64,000 nt of DNA from Methylococcaceae bacterium TMED69 (GCA_002170535.1 NHDW01000004.1:186190-250189); one strand, 5' to 3'; shown: positions 30,867-42,104, numbered from the stretch's first letter. Translations and numbers: made by a program. Notes: generated by a model from the letters alone, not told the origin.

Positions 30867-32014
30867 TTTTCTTCAAGAATGCTAATTACAGGTGACTTTT
30901 TTCCTTCTAAGAATTCTAAGAAAGCACCACCAGCGGTAGAAATATAAGAGATTTTATCCGAAACATTGAATTTCTCGATTGAGGCGATGGTATCCCCTCC
31001 GCCTGCCACTGAGAATGCAGAGGATTCGGCAATTGTTTCCGCTATGGTTCTTGTTCCATTGGCAAAGTTATCGAACTCAAAAACCCCTATCGGACCATTC
31101 CAAAGTATCGTTTTAGCGGATTGAATTTTTGATACGATTTTCTTTAAAGTTTTAGGTCCAAAGTCTAAAATAAGATCATTTTCCCTTATTTCATTGAGAG
31201 GCCTGATAGTACCAATAGCTGTTTTACTAAATTCACTGGCACAAACTACATCTATCGGGAAAACGATATTGTCAATATCTTTAAATAATCTACACGCGTC
31301 TTCATAGGCACCTTTTTCAAAAAGTGATTTCCCAATTTGATGGCCACGTGCTTTTATAATCAGATTTGCTATACCACCCCCTAAGATTAAATGGTCTACT
31401 TGTTTCGATAGATTCTTTATTAAGGCGGTTTTGGTTGATATTTTTGAGCCCCCTACAATTGCCACCGTTGGTGATTCATTTTTCTTTACAACTTTGTAAA
31501 GTGCCTGAACTTCAGATAAAAATAACGGCCCAGCTACTTTAGCTTGTGCAAATTGGGCTACACCATAATTAGATGCATGTGCTCTATGGCTATTAGAAAA
31601 AGCCTCGTTTATAAATATATCGCATAATTTACTCATCTTCTTAGCGAGTTGCGAGTCATTGCTGGTTTCGCCTTTTAGGAATCTCACGTTTTCGCATAAT
31701 AGAACCTCCCCCTTGTTAATCCTGACTCCGTCTATCCAATTTTTTTTAAACTTGACCGGCAGGCCGAGAGTCTTCTCGAGAGTTGGAATAAGTGTGGATG
31801 TTGATAAATTTAAATCTTCTGCTCCCTCTTTTGGCCTGCCAATATGGGTCACTAAGATGATGCTTCCCCCTTTATCAAGAATTTTATGAATGGTGGGTGC
31901 AGTTTGTCTAATCCTGAAGTCGTTGGTAACTTTTTTGTTTTCTAACGGTACGTTGAAATCAACCCTCAATAGTACTTGTTTATCTTCAAAATCAAGTTCT
32001 TCAAAAGGTATCAT
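30863..32014 (-). CDS. pgk: phosphoglycerate kinase
   Basis: Full-length PGK similarity (RVDFNVP, GGGASLE-like blocks); ATG at 32014 overlaps gap stop (ATGA). Confidence 0.95.
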   Translation of the reverse strand: MIPFEELDFEDKQVLLRVDFNVPLENKKVTNDFRIRQTAPTIHKILDKGGSIILVTHIGRPKEGAEDLNLSTSTLIPTLEKTLGLPVKFKKNWIDGVRINKGEVLLCENVRFLKGETSNDSQLAKKMSKLCDIFINEAFSNSHRAHASNYGVAQFAQAKVAGPLFLSEVQALYKVVKKNESPTVAIVGGSKISTKTALIKNLSKQVDHLILGGGIANLIIKARGHQIGKSLFEKGAYEDACRLFKDIDNIVFPIDVVCASEFSKTAIGTIRPLNEIRENDLILDFGPKTLKKIVSKIQSAKTILWNGPIGVFEFDNFANGTRTIAETIAESSAFSVAGGGDTIASIEKFNVSDKISYISTAGGAFLEFLEGKKSPVISILEEN

Positions 32015-33024
32015 GAACACTCTTTCATTTTTTTGGCCGTATCTAGCATCCGATTAGAAAAGCCCCACTCATTATCATACCAGCTTACAACCTTTACTAG
32101 GTTTCCCTCTATAACTTTGGTTTGAGCAGGATCTACGATGGATGACCTTGGATCGCCTTTGAAATCGATTGAGACCAGAGGTTCTTCACAAAACCCTAGG
32201 ATACCTTGTAAAGTTGAGTTTGCCTCTTCTTTTAAGATCCTGTTGACCTCTTCAGCACTTGTGTTTCTCTTCGCTTTAAAAGTTAGATCAACGAGCGATA
32301 CTACTAGTGTTGGTACTCTGACAGCGTATCCATCAAGTTTTCCTTTTAATTCAGGTAAGACTAATCCAACGGCGGATGCTGCTCCGGTTTTTGTGGGAAT
32401 TATTGATTGCGTGGCGGACCTGGCTCTTCTTAAATCATCATGATATACGTCACTTAAAACTTGGTCGTTAGTATATGCATGTACTGTGGTCATTAGACCA
32501 CTTTCCACCCCAATTTGCTTTGCTAATGGTTTTACTAAAGGTGCGAGACAATTAGTAGTACAGGATGCATTCGAAACGATTTTGTGGCTTGGTAAAAGGA
32601 CATTGTCATTAACACCATAAACGATTGTGGCATCAACATCATTTCCTGCTGGCGCGGAGATTAAAACTTTTTTGGCCCCTGAGGCGATGTGTTGATTTGC
32701 GCCATTTTTATTGGCGAAGATACCCGTGCATTCAAAAACAATATCTATTTTTAATTCTTCCCAAGGAAGTTTCGATGGGTCTTTTTCATTTAGAACAAAT
32801 ATTTTGTCATGTCCTATTTGTATATGGTCAGAATCTGAGGATATTTTCTGATCCATGGGTCCATAGGCACTGTCATATTTGAGTAAATGCGCATTTGCCG
32901 CGGTATCACCTAGATCATTGATAGCTATAAATTCAAGATCCGCATGTTTTTTAGTTTGATAATGAGCCCTGATAATATTTCTCCCAATTCTTCCAAACCC
33001 ATTGACCGCGATTCTCAATGTCAT
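32011..33024 (-). CDS. gap: glyceraldehyde-3-phosphate dehydrogenase
   Basis: [11 protein letters not shown] motif, SCTTNCLAP active-site block, 337 aa. Confidence 0.95.
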   Translation of the reverse strand: MTLRIAVNGFGRIGRNIIRAHYQTKKHADLEFIAINDLGDTAANAHLLKYDSAYGPMDQKISSDSDHIQIGHDKIFVLNEKDPSKLPWEELKIDIVFECTGIFANKNGANQHIASGAKKVLISAPAGNDVDATIVYGVNDNVLLPSHKIVSNASCTTNCLAPLVKPLAKQIGVESGLMTTVHAYTNDQVLSDVYHDDLRRARSATQSIIPTKTGAASAVGLVLPELKGKLDGYAVRVPTLVVSLVDLTFKAKRNTSAEEVNRILKEEANSTLQGILGFCEEPLVSIDFKGDPRSSIVDPAQTKVIEGNLVKVVSWYDNEWGFSNRMLDTAKKMKECS

Positions 33025-33046
33025 GATATCTATCTCCTATCTTATT

Positions 33047-35059
33047 TCATGGTTGTCTAAGATAATTTTTTATCTTAATCAGGCAGTTATCTAAGTCTAA
33101 TTCAAATTCTTTAAATAAAATGTCGGCCGGTGCTGAAGCCCCGAACTGATTTATTCCGATAGCAAGCCCTTCCTTCCCGATGTATTTGTACCAAAGGTCT
33201 GTTGATCCGGCTTCAATTGCAATCTTTTTTATACTCTCTGGCAGTACTGTTTTTTTGTATGATTCGTCCTGCTGGTCAAAAACTTGTGAGCAAGGCATGG
33301 AAACAACTTGAATTGCTAAACTCTCCTGCTTTAATGCCGAGGCAATTTCTAGAGCGAGGGAAACTTCAGATCCTGTTGCTATTATACATGCAATAGGATT
33401 GTCGATATTTTTGAGTATATACCCACCTTTTTTTAGATTTTGTATTTCAATTTGGGAAAGATCTAGTTGTGGCATTGATTGTCTAGAGAGGATTAGACAG
33501 GATGGACCGGTTTTTTTTTCGATAGAGGATTGCCAGCCAATGAGGGTTTCGGTTCTATCAGCTGGTCTCCAGACATCTAGATTAGGTATTAGTCGAAGCG
33601 CTTGTAAATGTTCAACAGGTTGGTGAGTGGGGCCATCTTCACCTAAACCTATGGAGTCATGTGTATAAACCAATACAGCGCGAATTTTCATTAAGGCTGC
33701 CATCCTGACGGCGTTTCTGGCGTAGTCTGAAAAGACCAAAAAAGTACCCCCATAGGGGATGCATCCCCCATAAAGTGAGATTCCATTCATTATCGCGGTC
33801 ATTCCAAATTCTCTGACGCCGTAGAAAAGGTAATTGCCTCCATAATCATTTAGATTAAGTGCCCTGCTAGACGTGGAAAACGTGTTGTTGGAACCAGTTA
33901 GATCGGCTGAGCCGCCAATTAACTCGGGTGTAGAAGGAGAGATCATATTCAAAACCGTTTGCGAAGATTTCCGTGTCGCCTCACTCTTTTTATCTTTCTG
34001 AATTTCTATGAGTGAGTTTTGAATGGTTTGGTTCCAATTATTAGGCAGCTTACAATTTACTCTTCGATCTAGTTCCTCCCAGTCTTCAGGGTAATCTTTT
34101 TTATATTTCTCAAGTATAGAATTCCATTCTCTTTCAGCAACCTCTCCTTTCTTCTTGCAATCCCAAGATTCGTAAAATGTTGTTGGAATTTCGAACGGAT
34201 CATAATTCCAATGTAAAGCTTCTCTTGTTTTCTTGATTTCATCTTCGCCAAGAGCTGCCCCATGAGAATCAGCTGTTCCAGATTTGTTAGGGGAACCATA
34301 GCCAATAGTGGTCTTACAAATAATGATTGATGGTCGGTCATGATTATCAATCGCGGAGGAATAAGCTTTATTTAAGCTTTCTATATTGTGGCCATCAACG
34401 TTTTCAATCACATGCCAACCATATGCTGAAAACCTTTCAGCTATATTTTCTGAAAACCAGTTTTTAATATCACCGTCAATCGAAATACCATTAGAATCAT
34501 AAAGAACATTCAATTTTCCCAGTCTTAGAGTTCCAGCTAAGGAGCAGACTTCATGTGAAATTCCTTCCATAAGGCAACCATCACCTACGAACGCGAACGT
34601 TCTGTTGTTGATAAGTTCGATATTTTTTTTATTAAATCTCGCAGACAAGTTTCGTTCCGCAATTGCAAATCCAACAGCGTTCGCAAGACCTTGGCCAAGT
34701 GGCCCAGTTGTGGTTTCGACTCCAGGCGTTTCTCGATATTCAGGATGTCCGGGAGTAGCAGAATGTAGTTGTCTAAACGACTTAAGATCACTGATTGACA
34801 AAGAATATCCGCAAAGATGCAATAGCGAATATATAAGCATGGAGGCATGACCATTTGATAGAACAAATCTATCCCTATTAAACCATTTTGGGTTCTTTGG
34901 ATTATGTTTTAAATAGTTTAACCAAAGGACCATAGCCGCTTCGGCTAACCCCATTGGTGCTCCAGGATGTCCTGATTTCGCTAATTCTACGGCATCGATC
35001 GACAAGAAACGTATTGCATTTGCAAGTTGCCTAGAATTTATTTGGTTTAAAGACTCCAA
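33047..35059 (-). CDS. tkt: transketolase
   Basis: LANAIRFLSIDAVELAKSGHPGAP TPP-binding start and full-length Tkt similarity; probable TTG start at 35059 after GGAGG (track GTG start 35089 less likely). Confidence 0.95.
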   Translation of the reverse strand: MESLNQINSRQLANAIRFLSIDAVELAKSGHPGAPMGLAEAAMVLWLNYLKHNPKNPKWFNRDRFVLSNGHASMLIYSLLHLCGYSLSISDLKSFRQLHSATPGHPEYRETPGVETTTGPLGQGLANAVGFAIAERNLSARFNKKNIELINNRTFAFVGDGCLMEGISHEVCSLAGTLRLGKLNVLYDSNGISIDGDIKNWFSENIAERFSAYGWHVIENVDGHNIESLNKAYSSAIDNHDRPSIIICKTTIGYGSPNKSGTADSHGAALGEDEIKKTREALHWNYDPFEIPTTFYESWDCKKKGEVAEREWNSILEKYKKDYPEDWEELDRRVNCKLPNNWNQTIQNSLIEIQKDKKSEATRKSSQTVLNMISPSTPELIGGSADLTGSNNTFSTSSRALNLNDYGGNYLFYGVREFGMTAIMNGISLYGGCIPYGGTFLVFSDYARNAVRMAALMKIRAVLVYTHDSIGLGEDGPTHQPVEHLQALRLIPNLDVWRPADRTETLIGWQSSIEKKTGPSCLILSRQSMPQLDLSQIEIQNLKKGGYILKNIDNPIACIIATGSEVSLALEIASALKQESLAIQVVSMPCSQVFDQQDESYKKTVLPESIKKIAIEAGSTDLWYKYIGKEGLAIGINQFGASAPADILFKEFELDLDNCLIKIKNYLRQP

Positions 35060-35211
35060 TATGCTCTTCCCTCCGATTTTATAGGTCACTGATTCGTACT
35101 AATTAATGCCTAATTATAGTTCAGACTTCTACTAACTGCACTTATAAAAGTATAATATAGTAAAAACTGAAACAAACCTTCTATATGATATCAGTAAATC
35201 GGAGATAAATA

Positions 35212-36069
35212 TTGATAAGTAAACCATCAGAGACTAAATCAATTAGTTTTGAATTCTTTCCTCCAAATTCAGCAGAGGCTCTCGAGAAACTGGTTTTAGA
35301 AGCTCAAAAATTTTTGATATTTCAGCCAGAATTTTTTTCTGTAACTTTTGGTGCTGGTGGTGGCACAAGAAAAAAAACTCTGCTTACAGCAAATAGTTTG
35401 AATCAAAAATTTAAAATTTCAATAGCGCCACATATTTCATGTATATCTTTAAATGCCGATTTAGCTAGAAGGACGATAAGTCAATATATTGAAGCTGGGC
35501 ACCAACGTCTTGTCGTTCTAAGAGGAGACATGCCCTCCGGTGTGCCAGTAAACAGCGAATTTAGATATGCAAAAGATTTAGTTAAATTCATTTCCAATGA
35601 GTTTAAGGAATCAATTTTTATCGATGTTGCAGCCTATCCGGAATGCCATCCAGAGTCTTTAAATTTTTTTGACGATTTAAAATACTTTAAGGAAAAAGTA
35701 GAAGCAGGAGCGAATCGGGCAATTACACAATATTTTTTCAATTGTGATTCGTATTATAGATTTATTGACGATTGCAACAAGCTTAACATCTCAATTCCTA
35801 TATTAGCTGGGTTAATGCCAATTTCCAATGGAGAAGGAATCTTGAGGTTTTCAAAAAAGTGTAATGCAGACATTCCAAAATGGCTTAGAAACAAAATCGA
35901 ATATTATTCAGACAACAACGATTATTTAATTAAATTAGGAATTGAGTTTATGTCGAAAATGTGTGAATCGCTGCTAGAAAATGAGGCTCCGGGGTTTCAT
36001 TTCTACACGCTTAATAAATCGTATCCTACGATTGAAATATGCAAAAACCTCAATTTTGATAATTGTTGA
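35212..36069 (+). CDS. metF: 5,10-methylenetetrahydrofolate reductase
   Basis: SFEFFPP, AITQYFFN and FHFYTLN blocks align with E. coli MetF; apparent TTG start after GGAG. Confidence 0.85.
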   Translation: MISKPSETKSISFEFFPPNSAEALEKLVLEAQKFLIFQPEFFSVTFGAGGGTRKKTLLTANSLNQKFKISIAPHISCISLNADLARRTISQYIEAGHQRLVVLRGDMPSGVPVNSEFRYAKDLVKFISNEFKESIFIDVAAYPECHPESLNFFDDLKYFKEKVEAGANRAITQYFFNCDSYYRFIDDCNKLNISIPILAGLMPISNGEGILRFSKKCNADIPKWLRNKIEYYSDNNDYLIKLGIEFMSKMCESLLENEAPGFHFYTLNKSYPTIEICKNLNFDNC

Positions 36070-36101
36070 TTTATCACCTTTCGTAGCGGGCTCTGCAACG
36101 G

Positions 36102-36743
36102 ATGATTAATGCTTTAAAAAATAATTTGGTACCAGCCATACTACTTTTGGTCTTGATTACGTTGTTAGGATATAAATTTTATGTGCTTAGGGTTGAATCA
36201 AAGATTAGGGAAATGGCCGTAAAAATAGTTTCTGTTCATGCTTCTTATAATGAATTTATGCGCGGGGGTAGGTTGTTATCAAATTACGTATTAAACGAAA
36301 TAAAGTACTCCGATATTAACCTGCATAATGGATTTGAGGTTATAGATGCGAAAAATATAGATGATCTAGCAAAGTTTTGGAATGAGTTTTTTCATACGAT
36401 TACAGCACCCGATTCTTTACGAAAATTTGAATCAGGTGAAGAAAAGCCATTTGACGATGTTTCTCTGGATAAAGATAGCAGGAACTTGAATTTAATTTTT
36501 TGGGCTAATGATATTAAACAGGTGCCTTATAAGTTAACTCTCGGTATTTTAATCCAAGGTCGATATGGCGTTCGTCTTGATAAACTTATTGACGATGGTT
36601 CACCAGTGAGCGGTCACATGAAACTTCAACGTGTACTAGATAAAAATAAAATCTCTCGGCGAAATGATAAATGCGCTAACCCTATTTTAAAGAAGCTAAC
36701 AAGTAAAGATCTTGTTGATTGTAACTATGTATATCTGTTTTAA
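36102..36743 (+). CDS. hypothetical membrane-anchored protein (213 aa), no recognisable domain
   Basis: Complete ORF with N-terminal TM helix filling the metF-amt gap. Confidence 0.5.
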   Translation: MINALKNNLVPAILLLVLITLLGYKFYVLRVESKIREMAVKIVSVHASYNEFMRGGRLLSNYVLNEIKYSDINLHNGFEVIDAKNIDDLAKFWNEFFHTITAPDSLRKFESGEEKPFDDVSLDKDSRNLNLIFWANDIKQVPYKLTLGILIQGRYGVRLDKLIDDGSPVSGHMKLQRVLDKNKISRRNDKCANPILKKLTSKDLVDCNYVYLF

Positions 36744-36772
36744 TGAACTAAGACTTTAGAGGTGTCCAAAAA

Positions 36773-38134
36773 ATGGAAACACAAATATCAGCACTAACAA
36801 CAATATTTACCGAGTTCTATTACTGGGTAACAGTAGTTCTAATGTTTCTTATTCATGTTGGATTCTGTGTTTACGAGGTCGGAGTTTCTAGGCGAAAAAA
36901 TCATTTACATACTTTAATGAAAAATACGATTTTGATACCTATTGTTACCGTAAGTTTCTTTCTTTTTGGCTGGTGGTTCTACTGGGCTATGCCTAACGGG
37001 CCTGGAATTACCGGTGGATTGGTTTTAGAGGCAGAAGGGTTCGGTGCTAATGAATTAGCCCTTCCATGGTCATCTGCAATGGCTGTAAATTTAGGTGATA
37101 GAATTAACCTTGTATTTTGGGCCGCGTTCCTTTTATTTTCTTGGACCGCAGCATCCATAGTGTCTGGCGCAATAATCGAAAGAATCAGGACGGTTGCTTT
37201 TGCAATTATTGCTGTTGTGATTGGTTCTGTAATATGGGTAATAGATGCCTCCTGGGGTTGGCATTACGCTGGATGGATGGTTAATAAGCTGGGCTATCAT
37301 GACGCTTATGCGTCAGGTGTAATCCACGCCGCCTCCGGCGGCTTTGCTTTGGGAATTTTAGCGGTATTAGGCCCTAGAATAGGAAAATTTAGGAATGGTA
37401 AGGTTAATGTAATAAACCCTCAAAATCCATGGTTAGTTACAATCGGTATATTTTTAATCTATACGGGTTTTTGGGGATTTTACGCAGCTTGCAATGTGCC
37501 TATATATGATATTGGTAGTGACTTCGGAGACGGTCAAAAGTTTTTTTCAGCAACAAATATTTATTTGACACCGACCACTTTGAGCGGAATTACTGCAAAC
37601 TTTCTGATGTCGTTGTCTGGGGGTATGTTAACTAGTTATCTCGTGTCGAAAGGAGATCCGTTTTGGACATATTCAGGTGGTTTAGCAGGTATCATTTTAG
37701 CGTCAGCGGGCAATGATCTTTACAGTCCATTGCAAGCGTTTGCGATTGGCTCAGTTGGAGTTTATTTTGTTTATAAATTACATTTCTATGTTGAAGAGAA
37801 GTTTAAGATAGACGATGCTGTCGGTGCTGTTGCCGTACATGGATACGCAGGTACAATAGGCCTTATAATTTGTGGTTTCGTTTTATGGGGATATCCTGCG
37901 TCGGCATATTATGAAAGCACTATTAACCCTCTAGGAATGATTGTTGGGGCTGCAATAATGTTTGTATTTTTTGGATTTCTGCCTGGCTGGACATTAGCAA
38001 AACTCTTGAATTTTTTGGGAATCCTTCGGATACCTCCTGAAATAGAAATAGCTGGACTTGACTTTGCTTCTGAGAAAAAGACAACCCTGGAGAATGAAAA
38101 TATGGTCTTGGCTGAAATAGAAGAGATTAAATGA
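36773..38134 (+). CDS. amt: ammonium transporter (Amt family)
   Basis: 11-TM Amt/MEP fold, conserved twin-His region context, 453 aa; no glnK adjacent. Confidence 0.9.
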   Translation: METQISALTTIFTEFYYWVTVVLMFLIHVGFCVYEVGVSRRKNHLHTLMKNTILIPIVTVSFFLFGWWFYWAMPNGPGITGGLVLEAEGFGANELALPWSSAMAVNLGDRINLVFWAAFLLFSWTAASIVSGAIIERIRTVAFAIIAVVIGSVIWVIDASWGWHYAGWMVNKLGYHDAYASGVIHAASGGFALGILAVLGPRIGKFRNGKVNVINPQNPWLVTIGIFLIYTGFWGFYAACNVPIYDIGSDFGDGQKFFSATNIYLTPTTLSGITANFLMSLSGGMLTSYLVSKGDPFWTYSGGLAGIILASAGNDLYSPLQAFAIGSVGVYFVYKLHFYVEEKFKIDDAVGAVAVHGYAGTIGLIICGFVLWGYPASAYYESTINPLGMIVGAAIMFVFFGFLPGWTLAKLLNFLGILRIPPEIEIAGLDFASEKKTTLENENMVLAEIEEIK

Positions 38135-38334
38135 TGGCAACTATTGAAAATTGGAATAATCTTAACTTCAGCGAAGTATTTGAAATATACCCACTTCTTG
38201 GTACGGAACTAATTTGGTTAATTTTTGTTGTTGTATATTGGATATATTGGCACTTTAAGATTGGTAAATTGGAAAACAATGATTACGAAAATATTCGTAA
38301 AGAAGTTGATTCTAATAATGATCGCCATCAATAA
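38131..38334 (+). CDS. small hydrophobic protein (67 aa) translationally coupled to amt (ATGA overlap)
   Basis: ORF with one predicted TM helix, start overlaps amt stop; no homology recognised. Confidence 0.3.
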   Translation: MMATIENWNNLNFSEVFEIYPLLGTELIWLIFVVVYWIYWHFKIGKLENNDYENIRKEVDSNNDRHQ

Positions 38335-38743
38335 ATTTTTTATAGTTTATCGCAATCTTTTCATCGAAATAGCAACTTTTTCTTCTGTAAATATCAAAAG
38401 AAATTGAAAGGGTAGTTTGAGTAATCAATATTTCTTCTCTTGAACAGATATTTTGTTCCATTATAACTTTTCTTCCATCAAATTTCTTAGCTCTAGTTTT
38501 AATGTTTAATTGGTTGTCGTGGACCCAATGGTAAATAGTAATAGAGCTTTGTAAAGCAACCGTTGATTTCATTTTAGTAGCTATATACTGTTTAGTTAAG
38601 CCCATAGATTTTTTGAAATTTTCTATACCGTCATCAAAAAATTTTGATATAAACAGTAATGGAGGGATTTTGCTAGAGTGCAATTCAGGGAAAGCTTCCA
38701 AATCCACCGAATGCAGATCCCATTTAATAGTGCGTTTTTCCAT
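38312..38743 (-). CDS. hypothetical protein (143 aa)
   Basis: Complete ORF convergent with amt; no recognisable motif. Confidence 0.45.
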   Translation of the reverse strand: MEKRTIKWDLHSVDLEAFPELHSSKIPPLLFISKFFDDGIENFKKSMGLTKQYIATKMKSTVALQSSITIYHWVHDNQLNIKTRAKKFDGRKVIMEQNICSREEILITQTTLSISFDIYRRKSCYFDEKIAINYKKFIDGDHY

Positions 38744-38843
38744 CGGAAATAATTCTGTTAAAACTTTAGATTAAGATTTCTAATATATGACTAACCATAT
38801 GAAGAAATGTTATCATTTTAACACCACTTTTAGTATGGGTTCA

Positions 38844-38917
38844 GGCTATGTAGCTCAGCTGGTTAGAGCGCGGCACTCATAACGCCGAGGTCGGTGGTTC
38901 AATCCCACCCATAGCCA
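38844..38917 (+). tRNA. tRNA-Met (anticodon CAT; elongator type most likely, tRNA-Ile2 not excluded)
   Basis: GGCTATGTAGCTCAGCTGGTTAGAGCGCGGCACTCATAACGCCG... very close to E. coli elongator tRNA-Met; acceptor GGCTATG/CATAGCC; CCA not encoded. Confidence 0.85.
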
Positions 38918-38949
38918 CTAAAATTACTTTTATCGTAATAGGAGGTCAT

Positions 38950-39225
38950 ATGGAAATACATTCCAATGAACAAAAACTCTATTGGAAGACTAATATGAGA
39001 ATCATGGCTATTCTATTAATGATCTGGTTTTTAGTGTCCTTTGGTTTTAGTATTATTTTTATTGATAATTTAAATGAATTAAATTTTTTTGGATTTAAAT
39101 TTGGTTTCTGGTGGGCTCAGCAAGGTTCCATTTTTGTATTTGTTGTATTGGTATTCGTTTATGCTGCTCTAATGAATAGAGTCGACAAGGAATATCAAGA
39201 GAAAGTGAAGGGTAGGCATGAGTAG
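38950..39225 (+). CDS. DUF4212-family small membrane protein (partner of sodium:solute symporter)
   Basis: 91 aa, two TM helices, GGAGG SD, 8-nt overlap with downstream SSS gene. Confidence 0.7.
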   Translation: MEIHSNEQKLYWKTNMRIMAILLMIWFLVSFGFSIIFIDNLNELNFFGFKFGFWWAQQGSIFVFVVLVFVYAALMNRVDKEYQEKVKGRHE

Positions 39226-40966
39226 CCAAACATTAACTTATTTATTCGTGACATTGAGTTTTGTACTCTATGCAGCAATAGCTATTTGGTCACGTGCTGG
39301 CAATACTAAAGATTTTTATGTAGCAAATTCAGGTGTAGGGCCAGTTGCCAATGGCATGGCAACTGCAGCAGATTGGATGAGTGCAGCGTCTTTTATCTCA
39401 TTGGCTGGAATTATTGCGTTTATGGGATATAGCAGTTCTGTGTATTTGATTGGTTGGACTGGAGGATACGTAATTCTCGCGCTGATGCTTGCTCCTTATC
39501 TACGCAAATTTGGAAAATTTACCGTTCCGGATTTTATTGCAACTAGATATTATTCGAAAAAAGCAAGGATGGTGGCAGTTATTGCTTTAATAATCGTTTC
39601 GTTCACCTATATTGCTGGTCAAATGAGGGGAGTTGGCATAGTCTTTTCTCATTTTCTAGAGGTGCCTATAAATACTGGTATTTTGATAGGAATGACTATT
39701 GTGTTTATTTATGCAGTGCTGGGTGGGATGAAAGGAATAACTTATACCCAAGTAGCACAATATTGTATAATGATTTTTGCTTATCTGGTCCCCGCTATTT
39801 ATATATCAATGATGGTGACTGGCTCACCTATACCGCAGATTGGACTTGGCGCAACTGTTATTGGCTCTGAAGATTCGGTCTTAGAAAGATTAGATAGTGT
39901 TTTATCCGACTTAGGATTTCAGGAATATACTGCCACTGTTCGGTCGAAAATAGATATGGCCGCTATTACAATGGCGTTAATGTTAGGTACAGCCGGGCTT
40001 CCCCACGTCATAGTGCGGTTCTTTACAGTACCTAAAGTATCTGATGCCAGGAAATCAGCCGCTTATGCTTTGCTTTTTATAGCAATTTTATATACTACGG
40101 CCCCGGCTGTGGGAGCTTTTGCCCGATTAAATTTTATTGATACCGTTCATAATACTCCCTATAAAGACGCTCCCAACTGGATCAAACAATGGGAAGAGGT
40201 TGGACTGATAGCATGGGTTGACAAAAATAATGATGGAGTTATGAACTACGGTCCCGGTAAACCATTTGAAGGAAAGCTGGAATTCAAGGGCGATGATGAA
40301 GGGGTTCTGGGGGAAAGAATCGTCTTAAATGATGTTTCTTCCAATCAGAATGAAATATATGTGGATAGGGACATTATGGTCCTTGCAAATCCAGCGATAG
40401 CTGGACTTCCTAATTGGGTGATTGCATTAGTAGCAGCTGGAGGACTAGCGGCTGCACTATCTACGGCGGCTGGGCTACTATTAGTTATTTCATCGGCTAT
40501 TTCCCACGATTTGATTCGGGAAACCTTTGCGGCGAAGATTTCTGACAGAACAGAACTATTGCTGGCAAGGATTGCTGCAGCAACCGCGATATGTATCGCA
40601 GGGTATTTGGGTATTAATCCACCTGGATTCGTCGCAGAGGTAGTGGCGCTTGCGTTCGGGTTAGCGGCATCATCGCTATTTCCACCAATAGTTTTAGGAA
40701 TTTTTACGAAAAGAATTAATGATTTAGGTGCAATTACCGGAATGGTTATAGGTCTTTTGACTACATCCACTTATATATTCTATTATAAGTTTTTAAACCC
40801 AAATCTAAATATCCAAGAGAATTGGTTTTTCGGCATATCTCCGGAAGGATTTGGAATCGTAGGAGCTTTAATAAATCTTTTAGCCGCGATTTTAGTGAGC
40901 ATGGTAACCAAGCCCCCAAATCAGAATATTCATAAATTAGTTGACAATATAAGATTACCTAATTAA
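39218..40966 (+). CDS. sodium:solute symporter family transporter (ActP/VC_2705-like)
   Basis: 582 aa, ~13 TM helices, SSS-family blocks; paired with DUF4212 gene. Confidence 0.85.
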   Translation: MSSQTLTYLFVTLSFVLYAAIAIWSRAGNTKDFYVANSGVGPVANGMATAADWMSAASFISLAGIIAFMGYSSSVYLIGWTGGYVILALMLAPYLRKFGKFTVPDFIATRYYSKKARMVAVIALIIVSFTYIAGQMRGVGIVFSHFLEVPINTGILIGMTIVFIYAVLGGMKGITYTQVAQYCIMIFAYLVPAIYISMMVTGSPIPQIGLGATVIGSEDSVLERLDSVLSDLGFQEYTATVRSKIDMAAITMALMLGTAGLPHVIVRFFTVPKVSDARKSAAYALLFIAILYTTAPAVGAFARLNFIDTVHNTPYKDAPNWIKQWEEVGLIAWVDKNNDGVMNYGPGKPFEGKLEFKGDDEGVLGERIVLNDVSSNQNEIYVDRDIMVLANPAIAGLPNWVIALVAAGGLAAALSTAAGLLLVISSAISHDLIRETFAAKISDRTELLLARIAAATAICIAGYLGINPPGFVAEVVALAFGLAASSLFPPIVLGIFTKRINDLGAITGMVIGLLTTSTYIFYYKFLNPNLNIQENWFFGISPEGFGIVGALINLLAAILVSMVTKPPNQNIHKLVDNIRLPN

Positions 40967-40976
40967 ATCTGATGAA

Positions 40977-42104
40977 TTAATCAAACATTATTAATTGCCT
41001 GACAGTTTCTCCCGATGCTAATTTGTCAAATCCTTCATTGACATCATCTAGCTTAATGTGCTCGCTCATTAAGTCATCTACTGGTAAATTTCCGTTTTGT
41101 TGTAATTGAATATAGTTAGGAATATCTCTTCGAGGAACGCAGCTTCCGAGATAACTTCCTTTTATCGTTCTCTCTTCCGCAACAAGATTTACGTGTTGCA
41201 CGCTAAAGTTATCTTTCGGATCTGAAAGACCACTTGAGCAGGTTGTCCCACCTCTTCGTGTAACAGCATAGGCGAGTTCCATTGCTTTATTTGAGCCAAC
41301 GCATTCAAAAGCATAGTCACATCCCCCGTTCGTAATTTCTTTCAAATCAGTAATTATTTCTGGATTGCTTGCATTCAGAACGTAGTCGCAGCCTAATTCT
41401 TTGCCTAACTTTAATTTTTGGTCACTAAGGTCGATCCCTATAACGGTTTTAGCTCCGCTGGCTTTTGCACCTAAAACCGCAGCTAATCCAGTGCCACCCA
41501 ATCCAATTACTGCGGCAGAACTACCCATGGGCATTTTAGCCGTATTTACAACCGCTCCAACCCCTGTTATCACCGCACAACCGAAAAGTGCCGCTAAGTC
41601 TAGTGGAACATTAGAAGGAATTTTTACCAAAGATTTTTGAGAAACAACTGCGTACTCAGCAAAACATGAAACTCCAACATGATGGCATACATATTGGCCT
41701 TTTAATTTGATCCTCTTTTTTCCTGATAAAAGGGTACCGTTTGCATTTGCAATAGCACCAGGCTCGCAGAGTGCGGGCCTGCCTTCAAGACAAGGAATAC
41801 AACTCCCGCAACTGGGAACGAAAACCGCTGCAACATGGTCCCCTACCTCAAGGTCATGGGCATTTGGCCCCAGTTTTTCAACGATCGCGGATGCTTCATG
41901 ACCGATGACCATGGGTAATGATCTTGGCCTAGAGCCATTAACTACGGAAAGATCTGAATGACATAAACCAGCCGCTCCCATTTTTATAAGAACCTCACCG
42001 TCACCCGGCTCATCTAACTCTATTTCTTCAATCGTTATTGGTTTCGACTTCATATAAGGTCTAGGTGCACCCATTTTGTTTAATACGGCAGCTCGGCATT
42101 TCAT
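40977..42104 (-). CDS. zinc-dependent alcohol dehydrogenase (MDR superfamily)
   Basis: GHE catalytic zinc block (VIGHEASAIV), structural-zinc Cys cluster (CGSCIPC), GxGxxG NAD-binding (GLGGTG). Confidence 0.8.
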   Translation of the reverse strand: MKCRAAVLNKMGAPRPYMKSKPITIEEIELDEPGDGEVLIKMGAAGLCHSDLSVVNGSRPRSLPMVIGHEASAIVEKLGPNAHDLEVGDHVAAVFVPSCGSCIPCLEGRPALCEPGAIANANGTLLSGKKRIKLKGQYVCHHVGVSCFAEYAVVSQKSLVKIPSNVPLDLAALFGCAVITGVGAVVNTAKMPMGSSAAVIGLGGTGLAAVLGAKASGAKTVIGIDLSDQKLKLGKELGCDYVLNASNPEIITDLKEITNGGCDYAFECVGSNKAMELAYAVTRRGGTTCSSGLSDPKDNFSVQHVNLVAEERTIKGSYLGSCVPRRDIPNYIQLQQNGNLPVDDLMSEHIKLDDVNEGFDKLASGETVRQLIMFD

